Shown here piece after piece: positions 37,001 through 49,085 of a stretch of DNA of 64,000 bases (position 1 is the first letter of the stretch; each line of letters opens with the position of its first letter). The position numbers and the translations under genes were made by a program. The stretch comes from Vermamoeba vermiformis (Eukaryota): the NCBI GenBank assembly GCA_045837725.1, contig JBEWZL010000300.1, positions 434,001 to 498,000 on the forward strand, given 5' to 3'. The notes below the pieces were generated by a model. The model searched no databases. It saw nothing but the letters and a program-made list of their open reading frames with translations, and was not told the origin of the DNA.

Positions 37001-37225
37001 TATTGTACCTTTTAAGGTCAAAGCAACCGCTTCTCTAGTGTAGAGCGGATGCGATTTGTACCGACGCTGATCTGCACTATTTCGATGATCTAACGACTGT
37101 TTTTGCAGGAATTTGAGTTACTACCGCATATGTTGTGCTTTAAGACCTCACTACTAACATTTGAGAACATTTTTATGGCGATCTTGGCTGGTATAAAAGC
37201 GGATGTGAAAAGAGAAGCTAAGTAA
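34071..37225 (+). CDS. Ankyrin-repeat protein with F-box-like segment and degenerate small-GTPase-like C-terminus
   Basis: Ankyrin motifs DPQGHTAL, DANERTVIEVAAQYG, DAHGTTLLHIACAH and NGDNPLHI; F-box-like segment QRFWQGVVDYLTISDALILQYVSSFF; ends FKTSLLTFENIFMAILAGIKADVKREAK*. Confidence 0.6.
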
Positions 37226-37398
37226 CGCGGTCTAACCACGATTTTCCTGTTATTTATGGCAATTTCATGTTAATATAAATATTTCGGAATTATTGCGTGA
37301 ATGTCACGGTTTATTTCGTTCAATGAAAAATAAGATTTTTTTGAATTAACAAGTATTTTCAATCAAACTGCACGAGGAGGAATAGCGCACGTATAAAT

Positions 37399-40300
37399 AT
37401 GAGCCAGTCATTCCTTCGATGGTTCTTGTTTGCTACGGGCATATTAATAGAAGTAGAAGTGGAGAAGAAAGCCCCAAAAGGGTTTTTAGATTCGACACTT
37501 TCATTCTTCGGCGTTAAAGATAATACGCAGAAAATCATAGTACACAAGGTCATGATAAACACGTCCTCTCCTGCATTATATATATTATTATTTATTTTTA
37601 CAATTTTTGTGATTTATTTGGTGATCAAGATCAGGCAATTTCGCTCTAGAAGAACCAAAGCCGATCCAAATCCAGCACCCGTTGTTAAGAGCGATAAAAG
37701 AAAGAGTTGGTTATTCAATAGAGCTCCAGTCATGCCAGAGAATCAAAACGATACGAAATCTGAATCTAAAGTGGTTCAAGTTCAACCGTCGAAAGCTGAC
37801 ATCATAAGTATGTTCTCCATATATATATACAGTATAGCTAATAATTAAATAAGATCGATTCAATCAGCAAAAAGCGACGACAGCTCCCAGATCAAAAGTG
37901 ACACTCGATGAGCTTTTGCGACGGGACAGCGGATCTGATTCAAGTTCGACTAGGCCGTTGAGTCCCAGAGATAAAGGTACATATTAAATATTAATACAGC
38001 GAATCAAATTTAAATTGTGCACCACAAATTTCAATCGATAAAATCTTCGCTTTGATTTTTAAAACTTGAAAGCTTTAAAATACTTACTTAGCCTCGATAA
38101 TATTATCTATGTTATTGATACGTATATTTATATATGCTTATTGGTTTTAAGACCTGATTTAAGATGTCAAATTGACGTTACTTTTAAAGGCAACGAAGCG
38201 GATCAAAAGGCGAAAGAACGAGAAAAAGAACTGCAAAGACAAAAAGAGAAAGAAAAAGAATTACAACGCGAAAAAGAACGCGCAGAACAACGAGAAAAAG
38301 AGTTGCAAAGACAAAACGAGAAAGAAAAAGAACAGCAAAGACAACGCGAGCTCCAAGAACAGCGCGAAAAAGAGCGCAAAGAGCAAAAAGAACGGGAAGT
38401 TCAACGCGCAAAAGAATTGCAAAAAGAAAAAGAACTGCAAAGAGAAAAAGAAAAAGAGGCGCAAAAAGAAAAAGAACGACAGCGCGAGCGTGAAAAAGAA
38501 TTGCAAAAAGAAAAAGAAAAAGAATTACAGCGACAAAAAGAGTTGCAAAGACAAGCTGAAAAAGACGCGAAGACGGCTGATAGTCCAAAAAAGGAAATTT
38601 GGGTGTCAAAAGAAGAATCGCAGGCCGTGTCAAATTCACGTCCGTTAATTGACTTTGCCAATGACACTAATGTCGATTCATTATTCCAAAAATTCATCGA
38701 CACTGATGACTTTATGACCTCGCTGCAGATCCACGAAAAAATCAAAACCAGTACGTATACCTTATTTATATCCCTTTCAATAATCTTCATATAATTTTAT
38801 TAATATCATGATATATAGTCCTTAAAATCGGTGACGGCGATGAATTCTACGAACAAATGAAGGCCCGAACAGCGCGCAATGTGCTCATTAGTCCTTTATT
38901 CAAATTATTGGACAAAAAGAAAGCCATAGTAAGACTATACTATTATTCACTTACTATGATATATTCTAATTCATAATGCGTTATTAGTCGGATTACAAGT
39001 TGAACAGTGTTCACAAGCCGAAAGTGCTAGTTATCGGTGCTGGTGTTGCGGGCCTAAGAACAGCAATCGAGTTCTGTCTGCTTGGCGCTACAGTAGGTCC
39101 CGCCTACTTACTATATTAGGCAATTTTACTCACTTGGTATACTTAGGTCACTGTCCTCGAGAAGCGAAAGTCGTTCACTAGACATAACTTGCTGCACATT
39201 TGGGACTCTACTATTAGCGACTTAACGGTACGCAACTCCTCATTTGTATTAACGCCCATACTGACTTGCCTTATATAGACATGCGGAATCAAATTCTTCT
39301 ATCCCAAGTTCTGCACGGGTGGCATTCATCACGTGTCCATTAAACGATTGCAATTATTGCTCACGAAGATAGCACTATTGTGCGGCACTAATATCGTGCC
39401 TGGCTTCTCATTTGCAGGCATTGAAGAGGACCCGCTCATTGACGATCCTATTTACGGACCCTTATGGACTGCAAAGGTAAGTTAGTCCGCTCACTGAAAA
39501 ACGAAATTTCATCGTACTAACGGCCAATTAGATCTCTGAGACTGAGCCCTTGTTGCCTAAATCAGTGGTGCAATGCAACGTGTTGATCGGCGCGGACGGT
39601 CAAAACTCGAATGTGGCCAAACTATTCAATTTTGAGCGCAAAGTATTCAAAGGCTCTGAAGCGATTGGTATCACCGCCAACTTCCTCAACAAACAATCCA
39701 AAGCTGAAATTTCACTCAACGAATTCGGTCTCATGTCGGTCTACAACAAACCAGTGCGTGCAGGAAATGACATTTTTTTTTCCATTACTAACGTTTATTT
39801 TGCAGTTTTTCAACGAATTGAAAGACAAATACGACATTGATCTCGAGAACTTGGTGTATTACCGCGGTGAGACCCACTACTTTGTGATGACCGCCAAGCG
39901 TGACAGTCTATTGAAACGAGGTGTCATTAAGGTACAGTATTCACAATGCCAAGCATAGTCTGTTTTATTAATATTGATATCGCAGTCTAATACTGGAGAT
40001 ATTATGAACCCCGCGAACATTAACTACGACAAACTTAAAGAATATGTTAGAGTAAGTCACGCTAGTTTTTAACGCAAAAAAAATTGACACGTGTCAGATT
40101 GTTGCTTCGCACGTCAAGCTTCCCGATGACTTGCCTTTTATAGCCAATCACAAGTAAGTAGTATGTTCAGCTTGTCGAGTAGTACTTACCATATTAATAG
40201 GGGCGAACATGACGTTCAAATCTTTGACTTTTCATCGCGCCAAGAGAGCACTGAACCGTTCAAGTGGCTCAAGAACAAAGAGACCGGTCACGAACTGCCC

Positions 40301-40673
40301 GTCGCACTGGTTGGCGACGCACTTGTAGAACCTTTTTGGCCTCTAGGCACTGGTGCTAATCGAGCCGTATTATCATCTCTTGATACTACTTGGGCTATGA
40401 AAATATTTTTTGAGGTACGGTAACCGTCACCGGATCCAGCAAGTTTGATTAACTTTTTATTTGCAGAGTGGCAGGAAACAAACACAAACTCTACGTGATC
40501 ATCACAAGTACTTCAGGTACTATCATAATATAGTGGTGTTATTGTTCTCGTTATTAACTGTATTGTAATTCAGATTGCTTTTGAGCTCTAGTCCGAGTGA
40601 TTTGGCCCCGACTTTCAACAAGCACACGATCAATCCTGAAACACGCTACAAGAAGATTAGAGACAAATTTTAG
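37399..40673 (+). CDS. MICAL-like flavoprotein monooxygenase with N-terminal TM helix and charged coiled coil
   Basis: [77 protein letters not shown] and NPETRY; upstream [20 protein letters not shown] and EKELQR repeats. Confidence 0.88.
38200..38565 (+). repeat. Coding low-complexity repeat ([10 protein letters not shown]) forming a coiled coil
   Basis: Repeated GAAAAAGAA-YTGCAAA units within ORF 38066-38794. Confidence 0.8.
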
Positions 40674-40909
40674 TGCTTAAAGCACGTCATGTACAGTGCC
40701 CTTTGTTTGGCAAATAAAAACCAAACAGGACTTTTTTGTTGAAGCCAAGAATCATAGGATTATTCGCTGTTTGAGGCCAGGATGACGAACAAAAACTTTG
40801 GCAAGAGCAAGAAAATGACACTGAATTTGTCATATTTCTGCAAGCCAAAGTGAATAAGTTGACAGCTTACTTGATGGATTAACGAAACCTCGATCTGATC
40901 AGAAAACTG

Positions 40910-41630
40910 CTACTTGAAGCCTCGCTGTTGTTGCACAAAGAGTTGCTCGCGATGCGAGAGTTCAAATCGTGCTATGGCCTGTAATAACTCTTCTTTGTCT
41001 TCGTGCCACAGAATTGAACTGATCGTCCATTGCGTGATCACACGAGTACCTTTGCGCATCATATGCCACTTTGAATATAACATTAGAGCTGTCATTTATA
41101 TAATACCAACTTACGGTCGGCAAGTCCTCTCGTAATTCAAACTTTTCGACTTCGTACAAGTTCGTGGGCTCACGTGGTTGAATTGCCAAATTAGGCAAGA
41201 CGAAGTTTAAATTTAAGTTTGTAGCTGTTGGAAACCAATCAGATTCGATTTTAATATTATTAAGACGTTCTGTTGGTCTATAATGGTCCTTTTGAGGGTC
41301 TATGCATTCGAGATACGGATCTGCACAAGTTGAAAGTTGATCTGCCAATGATTTCAGTGTCTTTTGACCAAAATTCTTGGCTGTTAATTCTTCTGGTAAT
41401 ATTTTGCTTTGTATTATTGATTTGATCTTAATTATAGGCTCTTTATTGTTTTGGATCTGCTTCAGAGCGACGGATGCGAATAATGCCAGAGCATTCTTCC
41501 ATTTGAACGTAAATGTCTCATCATCAAAACAACTATCCTCAATATCATTATTAAATTGCTTTGGCATCAATGTTACTTTAATCTTCTTCGATCTATTTGA
41601 TCTCGTTCGTGAAAGCTGGCAAAAAAATTT
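40910..41630 (-). CDS. Hypothetical protein or fragment, possible OST-HTH/LOTUS-like motif
   Basis: Long AT-rich open frame (40962-41570). ELTAKNFGQKTLKSL resembles the LOTUS 'yGf.tl..L' motif. No clear ATG context. Confidence 0.35.
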
Positions 41631-41903
41631 AGGAAAATTTATAAATTGATTTCTATATCAAAATTGATATCGAAAGGATGTATTTTAATTTATTAATGCT
41701 CGGGCATAATTATAAAATCTTTCTGTGGCGGGTCAGAATTCGTCTAAAAATTCAAATACGATTTTTTACCTTAGGAGAGTGCTCCTCAAGAGATAATGTG
41801 GTTAAATAAATATCCTCTGCAATATCCATTTTATTTGTGGTATATTGTTCAGATTTTGCTTAATTAATTAGGCGCCAAAAATTGAGGCATTTATTCCCAC
41901 ACC

Positions 41904-42518
41904 ATGACAGATACAACACAAGCCCAAAATCCATTTTATTATATAAATAAATTTCGGAATACGAGCCTTGTATATATTACAAAGAATGAATGGCTCGTAC
42001 CTATATTCGCAAATTGGGAAAATATCCTCGAAGTTAATCCAACCAAGATGCAGGAGAACTTCCGCGTTGCACCAACTCTAGAACCATATAAAGGCATTGG
42101 ATTAATGGCTGTATCACATATAAAAGCTGGAACATGGATTGGAGAATATTGTGGCGAGATCGCGACGCACGAATATTTTAAGGAAAATAATTATCCTTCA
42201 ACGTACAATTTCGAACTTGACCATGGCTACTTTTTATCAGCACATAAGAAAGGAAGCATAATGCGATTTGCAAATCATTCTTGCGACCCAAATACAGCGT
42301 GCGATCTCTATTCATGGGATTCAGATTTTCATCTCGTGTTTATAGCCAATAGAGACGTACAAGCAGGGGAATATATTCATATAGATTATGGATTTGGCTC
42401 GCACGATAAAGAAAACTTCGATGGCTCCGAGATTTGTAGATGTGGCGCTGAAAACTGCTTTGACAGACAAAAGTTCCTGCAATGGCTCGCTGAATCTAAT
42501 CACACGAATAATATATAG
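41904..42518 (+). CDS. Stand-alone SET domain lysine methyltransferase with post-SET
   Basis: KGIGLMA..IKAGTWIGEYCGE, RFANHSCDPN, RDVQAGEYIHIDYG and post-SET CRCGAENC; intronless. Confidence 0.9.
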   Translation: MTDTTQAQNPFYYINKFRNTSLVYITKNEWLVPIFANWENILEVNPTKMQENFRVAPTLEPYKGIGLMAVSHIKAGTWIGEYCGEIATHEYFKENNYPSTYNFELDHGYFLSAHKKGSIMRFANHSCDPNTACDLYSWDSDFHLVFIANRDVQAGEYIHIDYGFGSHDKENFDGSEICRCGAENCFDRQKFLQWLAESNHTNNI

Positions 42519-42669
42519 AGGTATTATTTATTAAACATCCCTTTACCTTCCTTGCTAATATTTTTTAAAGTCATGACGAAATGGATGTACTTCAAATTTT
42601 GCGGATTTGTTCATATTTACAACATATATGTACAAGCAACCATATCTACATTAAGAAAAGCTTCACGGC

Positions 42670-44433
42670 CTATCGGATTATGCTCTTCTTGCTGACGGAT
42701 TTGATCACACCAACAGCCACTGTCCGTTGCAAGTCACGCACCACAATTCGACCAGCGGAGCAAATTCAGTGAACGGCTCAACGACCATGGGCTTGCTCGG
42801 CTCTAAACGGACCAATGCCCAGTCACCTTTCTGCAACGCATTGACATTTGGCGCAGACTCGACTACTTCGCCCGTGCGCGTGTCGTACTTGGCCAGCAAT
42901 TCAGTGAATTTGCATGTCACGTGACTCGAGTGACATTCGACCAATGGCGCGTAACCTTCGTGGATCTCACCTGGATGGTCCAAAACGACTAAATTAAACA
43001 ACTCATTAGTTTCATATAATACCGCGTACCTATATTTATATATATGTATTATAAGACTTACTAATTTGAGCGACAAAGTCAATGGCTTCAGAGGGAGGCT
43101 CGTTGTAGGTGTGACCGAAGACACATCCACGATGCATATCTTTCTTTGCAATTCCGCGGACGTTAACGCCGATGGTGTCACCGGGAATAGCTTCAACGAT
43201 GGTATTATGGAACTGTTCGATCCCTTTGACGTCACCAGTCACATTGCCAGGGACCACAGTGATTTTATCCCGCACTGTGAGCACACCTGTCTCGACACGA
43301 CACGCGGCTACAGTGCCAATGCCACCAATCCTGTACACGTCTTCAACACTCACGCGCAACGGAAGGTCTTTGAGATTGAGTTCTTTCAAGCTGTCAAGGG
43401 CTTCTATCAACGTAGGCCCGTTGTACCACGGAAAGTTGTCTGACTTTTTTGTCACATTCGCGCCTGTCAAGCCACTGACTGGCACAAAAGTAATCATCTC
43501 AGCCGCGTACCTAAAAATAGCACTGTAAGTACTTGACAACAAAAACAAAAATATGACACCTGTCACTGATATTTTTCACGTGTCACTGAACGCCAACGAT
43601 AATAATTATCAAAATATAATGTCACGATCAATATTGATGTTATAAATCCAATGGACAGTTGACACGTGTCACCAAAAACATGTTTTTGAACGGATCTTGC
43701 ATGCCACCAAAACTTACCCGACGTTGCTTAAGTAGGCAGAAATCTCATGCCGTATCTCTTCGTACCGCTCTTGGCCGTAGTTAGCCGTGTCCGAGTCCAT
43801 CTTATTGACCAACACGACCACTTGTCTGACGCCCAGAGTGTACGCCACCAACGCGTGTTCAAAAAATGTCTGGCCTTGCTCGGTGGTACCAGTCTCGAAC
43901 TCGCCCTTTGCAGCAGACACTACCAGCATTGCAACATCGGCTTGAAAAGTGCCTGCGATCATGTTCTTGATGGCGTCACTGTCGTCGATGATGATGAAAG
44001 AGCACTTGGACGAGTAAAATTTGTGCAGCGGAATGGTGTCGATAACTGCTCTACCGTGCTCACGATCAGGCTTGAGCTTGTCCATAACAAACGTGTATAA
44101 CGAAGATAATTTGTTCTGACGACGAGCTTCCTCTTCGAGTTCTATGAATTATTTAAAAGTTAGACAGTGTCATCCTACTATTTTAAATATATTTATAAAT
44201 TAAGGCGTTAGTTTTACAACATTACGGCCGTCATACATAGCGAAAATAATTTGTTGTATTTAAAAAAATAATTATTAAATTAAAAATCGGATCCGATTTT
44301 TTGACTTGCCAAATACACGCTCAGGTATTCCGCCGCACTTTATCAGCAAATGGCCGGCAATTGTTGATTTGCCTGCATTGCTATGTCCAAAGACGACAAT
44401 ATTCCAGTGAGGTTTATTATAAGGATACGCCAT
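42670..44433 (-). CDS. Divergent EF-1alpha (eEF1A)-like paralog with degenerate G3 and a 1-nt frameshift near the 3' end (possible pseudogene)
   Basis: [112 protein letters not shown]. Confidence 0.85.
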
Positions 44434-44889
44434 GGAGCTTATTTGCTCAAATATACCTTATCTACCTTTAAATGATGCTCATCATGATCGTAACTATTTA
44501 ACTGAAGACAAATTCTGCCGTATTTCTTGCGAATCATTCGAAAGCGGGAGGATCGTCTGAAATTTCTTTAGAGCGCGCTGTACTGGCACCACCATCGGAC
44601 TTAAACGCTAGACACCATTCCATTCCATCAATTGCGCTCACAATATCTCGTGTTGTTGCGGGTTGCAAGCAGAAAATTAATGTCTTAAATTGTGGCAGCT
44701 TGAACAACGTTAAATCTGACAACCAATAGCGTCATGTCTATGATATTGGGTGGATAATATTTAATTCCTACTAATTTTCGGGCAGGCAATTGAAGCACGT
44801 GGTTGATCGAGCTTCAACTCCGAGTTTTTTGTCTGAATTTTCTTTCAGCAAGGTCCAACCTCTGAATTTATTACACACATCAATAGCAC

Positions 44890-45993
44890 ATGAAGCACAC
44901 TTCGTTGCCTTATAAATATTTAGGCCGCTACGTCTCGCAGTTGCCACGGCTATCGATCCAGATAGTTGGCGTCGCAATTGTTCAACTTACAATATATGCT
45001 CTCGTATTCTTTTACTGCCCAAGAATACCACAAAATAATATAGCGGTGCACTTGCATGCCAAAGCTCATTCATTGTGGAGCGTGTCAAACATTTTGGATC
45101 TGATCTCAAATATTCCTTTATTTTTGGTGGCCGGAGCAGGTAAGACGACAAATTTACTCATACTAAATACAATGATTATATTAAATAATTTATTACAATA
45201 TTACGACGAATTTAATAAAATACAAAGATTGACAGATCGACTCTAACCAATTCATTTCATTCAATTCAGGCATTTTATTAACGAGATCGAATATAAATGC
45301 ATTCCACTCGAAAGTAGAACAAACTGTATGGATAAATATGTTCCTTTTCGTGGGCATGCTTGCCTTCAGCTCGATGGCGTTCGTGATCTCGCCAGACAAC
45401 CTGCATTTATTAATCGTACGCGGAAGTTTTATCGGAGCATCGAAGTGTGTAAGTAATAAATCCGATTATACTCAATCTAGATGGTATAAATTAAATTTAA
45501 CCTGATGAAAATTCGTTTATTTTGGATCGCCGTTAATTCAATTTCTTATCCTTATATTAATAATGCTCTGATATCATAGGCATTTGGCTTGGTCACGTAT
45601 CAATATTTAGGCTACGAACTCGTTTCAATTACATCACTTCCGATCATCCTCGAAGGGATGTCGAGTGTGCTCTACGCGTATTTTTTCAATGATTTGCGCT
45701 GGTTCTTAGCCGTACAAATCGTGTCAGTAGTGCTGCATTTAATTTTTACAATGGCAATGCCGGCTCTATATTCCAAATCAGAATGGCTGGCCGTCAGTTT
45801 GGCTTGTCATATCGCGGCGAGATCCGCTCAACTTTGCGACCAGTTTATTCATCAAAGTACTGATGGCTATATTACCGGCAATACCATGGCTAGTTTATTA
45901 ATGGCTAGTCAATTTTATTGCCTTTACGCTTGGCTGAGCACCAGATCCATCACGCGACAAATGACGCGAGCAGAGAATATTAGAACCAGATAA
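44890..45993 (+). CDS. Alkaline ceramidase-like (CREST-type) membrane protein, apparently degenerate
   Basis: RIPQ...LWSVSNILDLISNIPLFLV, DLRWFLAVQ, DQFIHQSTDGYITGNTM. Positions normally His (SxxYH, SGHTLKH) are substituted. Confidence 0.55.
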
Positions 45994-46274
45994 GAAATCA
46001 TTATTGTAATGTAATATTGTAGTTATTATTTGTTTTATATAACCCTATTGTAATTTGAAAAGCCACTTTATTCTAATTGAAAGTTGGTTTTGTAAATAGA
46101 ACATAAAGAATTTCTTTTTTTCTCATAGAATAGATAATAATATAATAATATTTATGCGTATTTAGCCTCGCCTTTGTTACTCGATGCGGAATGTCCTTCG
46201 CTGTACTGGAGCTCATCTTGCTCGGTGAACGAATGGTGGATCATTGGCGGCTCCGAGAACTGCATTGTTCGTAC

Positions 46275-46368
46275 CTTTAGGAGCAGGGACATAACCACCT
46301 TCACCTTGAACAGGTTCCACGAGAATAGCAGCAGTTTCGGAAGGAGCGGTTTGCATCTTGAGTAAGTT
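46275..46368 (-). pseudogene. Isolated exon fragment of a class III (GABA-type) aminotransferase
   Basis: Translates LLKMQTAPSETAAILVEPVQGEGGYVPAPK and is followed by a GTACG donor. No other exons of the gene are recognisable nearby. Confidence 0.75.
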
Positions 46369-47406
46369 CCCGATTCAATTGCTTTAGTCGTGGTCCGCTC
46401 AATTAAGCTGCAAGTATCGATGGATCCTGAATCGATACTACATTCACATCGTATTGGATAAAATAGATCCTTTCTATGCCCTCTGTTTACCCACTTATAG
46501 TCCGACAAATGTTGGATATCGGATCCAGTCCGAAAAGGTCCGACGCAAGCTTTTTGAAAAGGTATGATACGAAAGCCGCGAACATAGTAAGTGTTATGCT
46601 ACTACTTGGTAAGTTAATTGAACCTATTCCGCTTTTCCTGCTTGCAATTTTTGAGACCAAAAATTGGGACCTTTGGTTGGGAGTCACTTTCTCACCGAGA
46701 ACGCTTCGCGTGTGCTAGGAGCTTTCAGCACGACTTCACAAAGAATTAATTGTAAGTCACGCAGGTCTAGAGAATAGAGTATCATCTCTAACGCGTCATT
46801 TAGACCGGATTGGTAAATTGACTAAACCCAGTTCTGCCTGAAGTCACGGAGTTCGTGCCAAATGTAAAACCTATATGTGACTGCCTTGAATATCTTCGAA
46901 TGGCAGTCTAGTGCTCTACTTCAGTTTCAAAACATTGCTGGAGTTGGTACCAAGACTATTACGGAAATTTCAACTCTTTCTTTACGGACACTTTAGGCCT
47001 ATTCTAAGAGAACCACGACGATCGTGTCCTGCGTCAAGATTTAAATATCGCGCATATCGCTCAAAAGATCGAAATGCCAGTTTCACTCAACTTCGTTCAA
47101 GTCTGCTGGCCAGATTTACTCGTCAATCCGCAAAGAACCTCACAGTCCGAATGGATCCTTCAATACTACCATCTAATACCGTTCAAGTAATAGTCTTTTC
47201 ATCACATCGTCGTTGTTCCGGTCAGAAGAAAGTAAGAAAACCGAATTGAGCACAAGTTCCCAAATCAATCATACGAGGTACATCCTCAACTTATTAATAG
47301 ATAGAACCAGAAAAATGTGGGAAACTGCGTGACATAAATAGCGGTGACCGCTCTCGGTATCTTTCATTCAAAGTTCAAAAACGAAATTGAATACAACAAC
47401 CAAACC

Positions 47407-47921
47407 ATGGCTGATGCAAAGATCACCCTCGCTCACAAGAAGAACATTAAGGACAACGAGGCCAGCAAGAACGAACACCTCGCCAAGTTGAAGCAAATTA
47501 CTGGCGTCGACTACGAGTTTGTCACCGAGCTGCCTTTTGACGAACTTGTCCCCAAATTGATCAAGGCCGGCGATTCCTGGCACGCTAGCATTGGTAGCAC
47601 TCTCTACGGCAACGACAGTATCTTGAGTGCTATCGTCTATTTGTAAGCTCTTTATTTGATCCGCTCATTCTTGATCCTTGTCTAATCTGCTTTTATAAAA
47701 TCAGGTTCGAAAAAAGTTGCAAGGACGAATTGGTTAAGGAAGGTTTGCTCGACGCAACCAGCGCTCGCAAGATCGTTGTCGTCGCTCTTGATGACTGGCC
47801 TGACAAGAGCAAGTACATCGAGTTCAAGGACGGCAAGATGATCGTCAACACCGTCGCCAAAAATTTTGGAGGCATGGCTAGCTCCTGCTACGGCGGTTTC
47901 GATGTGGCCAAGGTGTTGTAA
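47407..47921 (+). CDS. Small hypothetical protein (~150 aa, one intron)
   Basis: MADAKITLAHKKNIKDNE...AIVYL|FEKSCKDELVKEGL...FDVAKVL*. Strong C-ending codon bias, as in HMGS, suggests high expression. Confidence 0.8.
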
Positions 47922-48024
47922 ATCCTTGTTCTAATTCTCAAACGCGCAATGTGCCCTATGAAATAAAGAATTGCGCTAGTCTGAAAATTTTTCAGCTTTG
48001 AGCAAGATTTACGTAGAAAATCAA

Positions 48025-48694
48025 TCATTTTTGTAGCAAAAATTGTTTTAAGACCGAAACTTTGACGACCAAGTGTTGCCTTGTCACTTTCAACTTTTTG
48101 TCCGAGCTCCGAAGACCAAGATAAGTAACGTTCCTTAACAAGTTGATTGAGAGTGCCATGGTTAGTAGGAAGTACCTCGAGGCGATTTCAATATCATGTT
48201 CGTAATCGTGGCAGAGTGTGGTGTGATTAGGCTCGATATTCAATTTGAATTTTTTTCCATTCGTTTTTTAATATTAAACCTTTATTATTAAATATATATC
48301 TCGTTTTTTCGTAGGTTCACGTGGCTTAGGTTCCCTCCTGCTCCAACGCCTCTGAAGGTGTGCCAGTAACAAACCTACGAAGATCCGCCGTTATTTTAGT
48401 CTACGGCTTTGGTAATGCTTGTAATATTTTCATGAAATGCTGGAACTATAGTACAGCACGAGGTAGTAGTAAAAATTGGCTCGATATGAGTTGTCCTAAT
48501 TTTTGTTGATTTTTTGTACTGGATAACAAATCCTTCATCTTCTTGCCCAAAATAATCTCTTCTGTATTGTAGTGCTTGAATGCAAGAACATTCTTCAAAG
48601 CAGGACCTTCCAACGGGACGCGGGTGGGAACCTTAGCGTCGTCGAAGTATGTGCCGACAGACGCGTGGTCAGTGAAGTTAGAAATAGCTGCCAT
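48025..48694 (-). pseudogene. Degraded coding fragment with weak HECT-like similarity
   Basis: Protein-like segments with splice sites but in-frame stops. LRRFVTG resembles HECT 'L.FVTG'. Confidence 0.25.
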
Positions 48695-49085
48695 TAGCCC
48701 TACTGTTGATGCGGTTTATAATGCTAGTAAAGGGCAAACATATTTCAATGCTTGCACGTGCTCAAAAAGCCTAATAATAATAAATTCGGCAATGCCGAAC
48801 GAAATACTTTTTCTTCGGCCGTAAAAATAACATTTGAACCTGCCAAAAATTCGTTGATTTTCTATAATAATAATTAAATTATTCAAGGAAGATTGCACTG
48901 TCTTCGGATTTCAGATTGCAACAAGCTCACGTCACGAACGCATTATCTATTACTTTGTCATCATGCCGCTCGTATATTATGCTCTTCTTCTTGTTGCAAT
49001 CTTGCTTTGAGGTCATTGTTCAAGCGATCTGAATTGAAAATGGCAGCGAAATATTCTCTCTAAGACCTATCAACAAGACACCACA

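Noticed and set aside
38172-38790. Lys-rich and Phe/Leu-rich overlapping ORFs
   Set aside because: Alternative-frame and antisense shadows of the EKELQR coiled-coil repeat.
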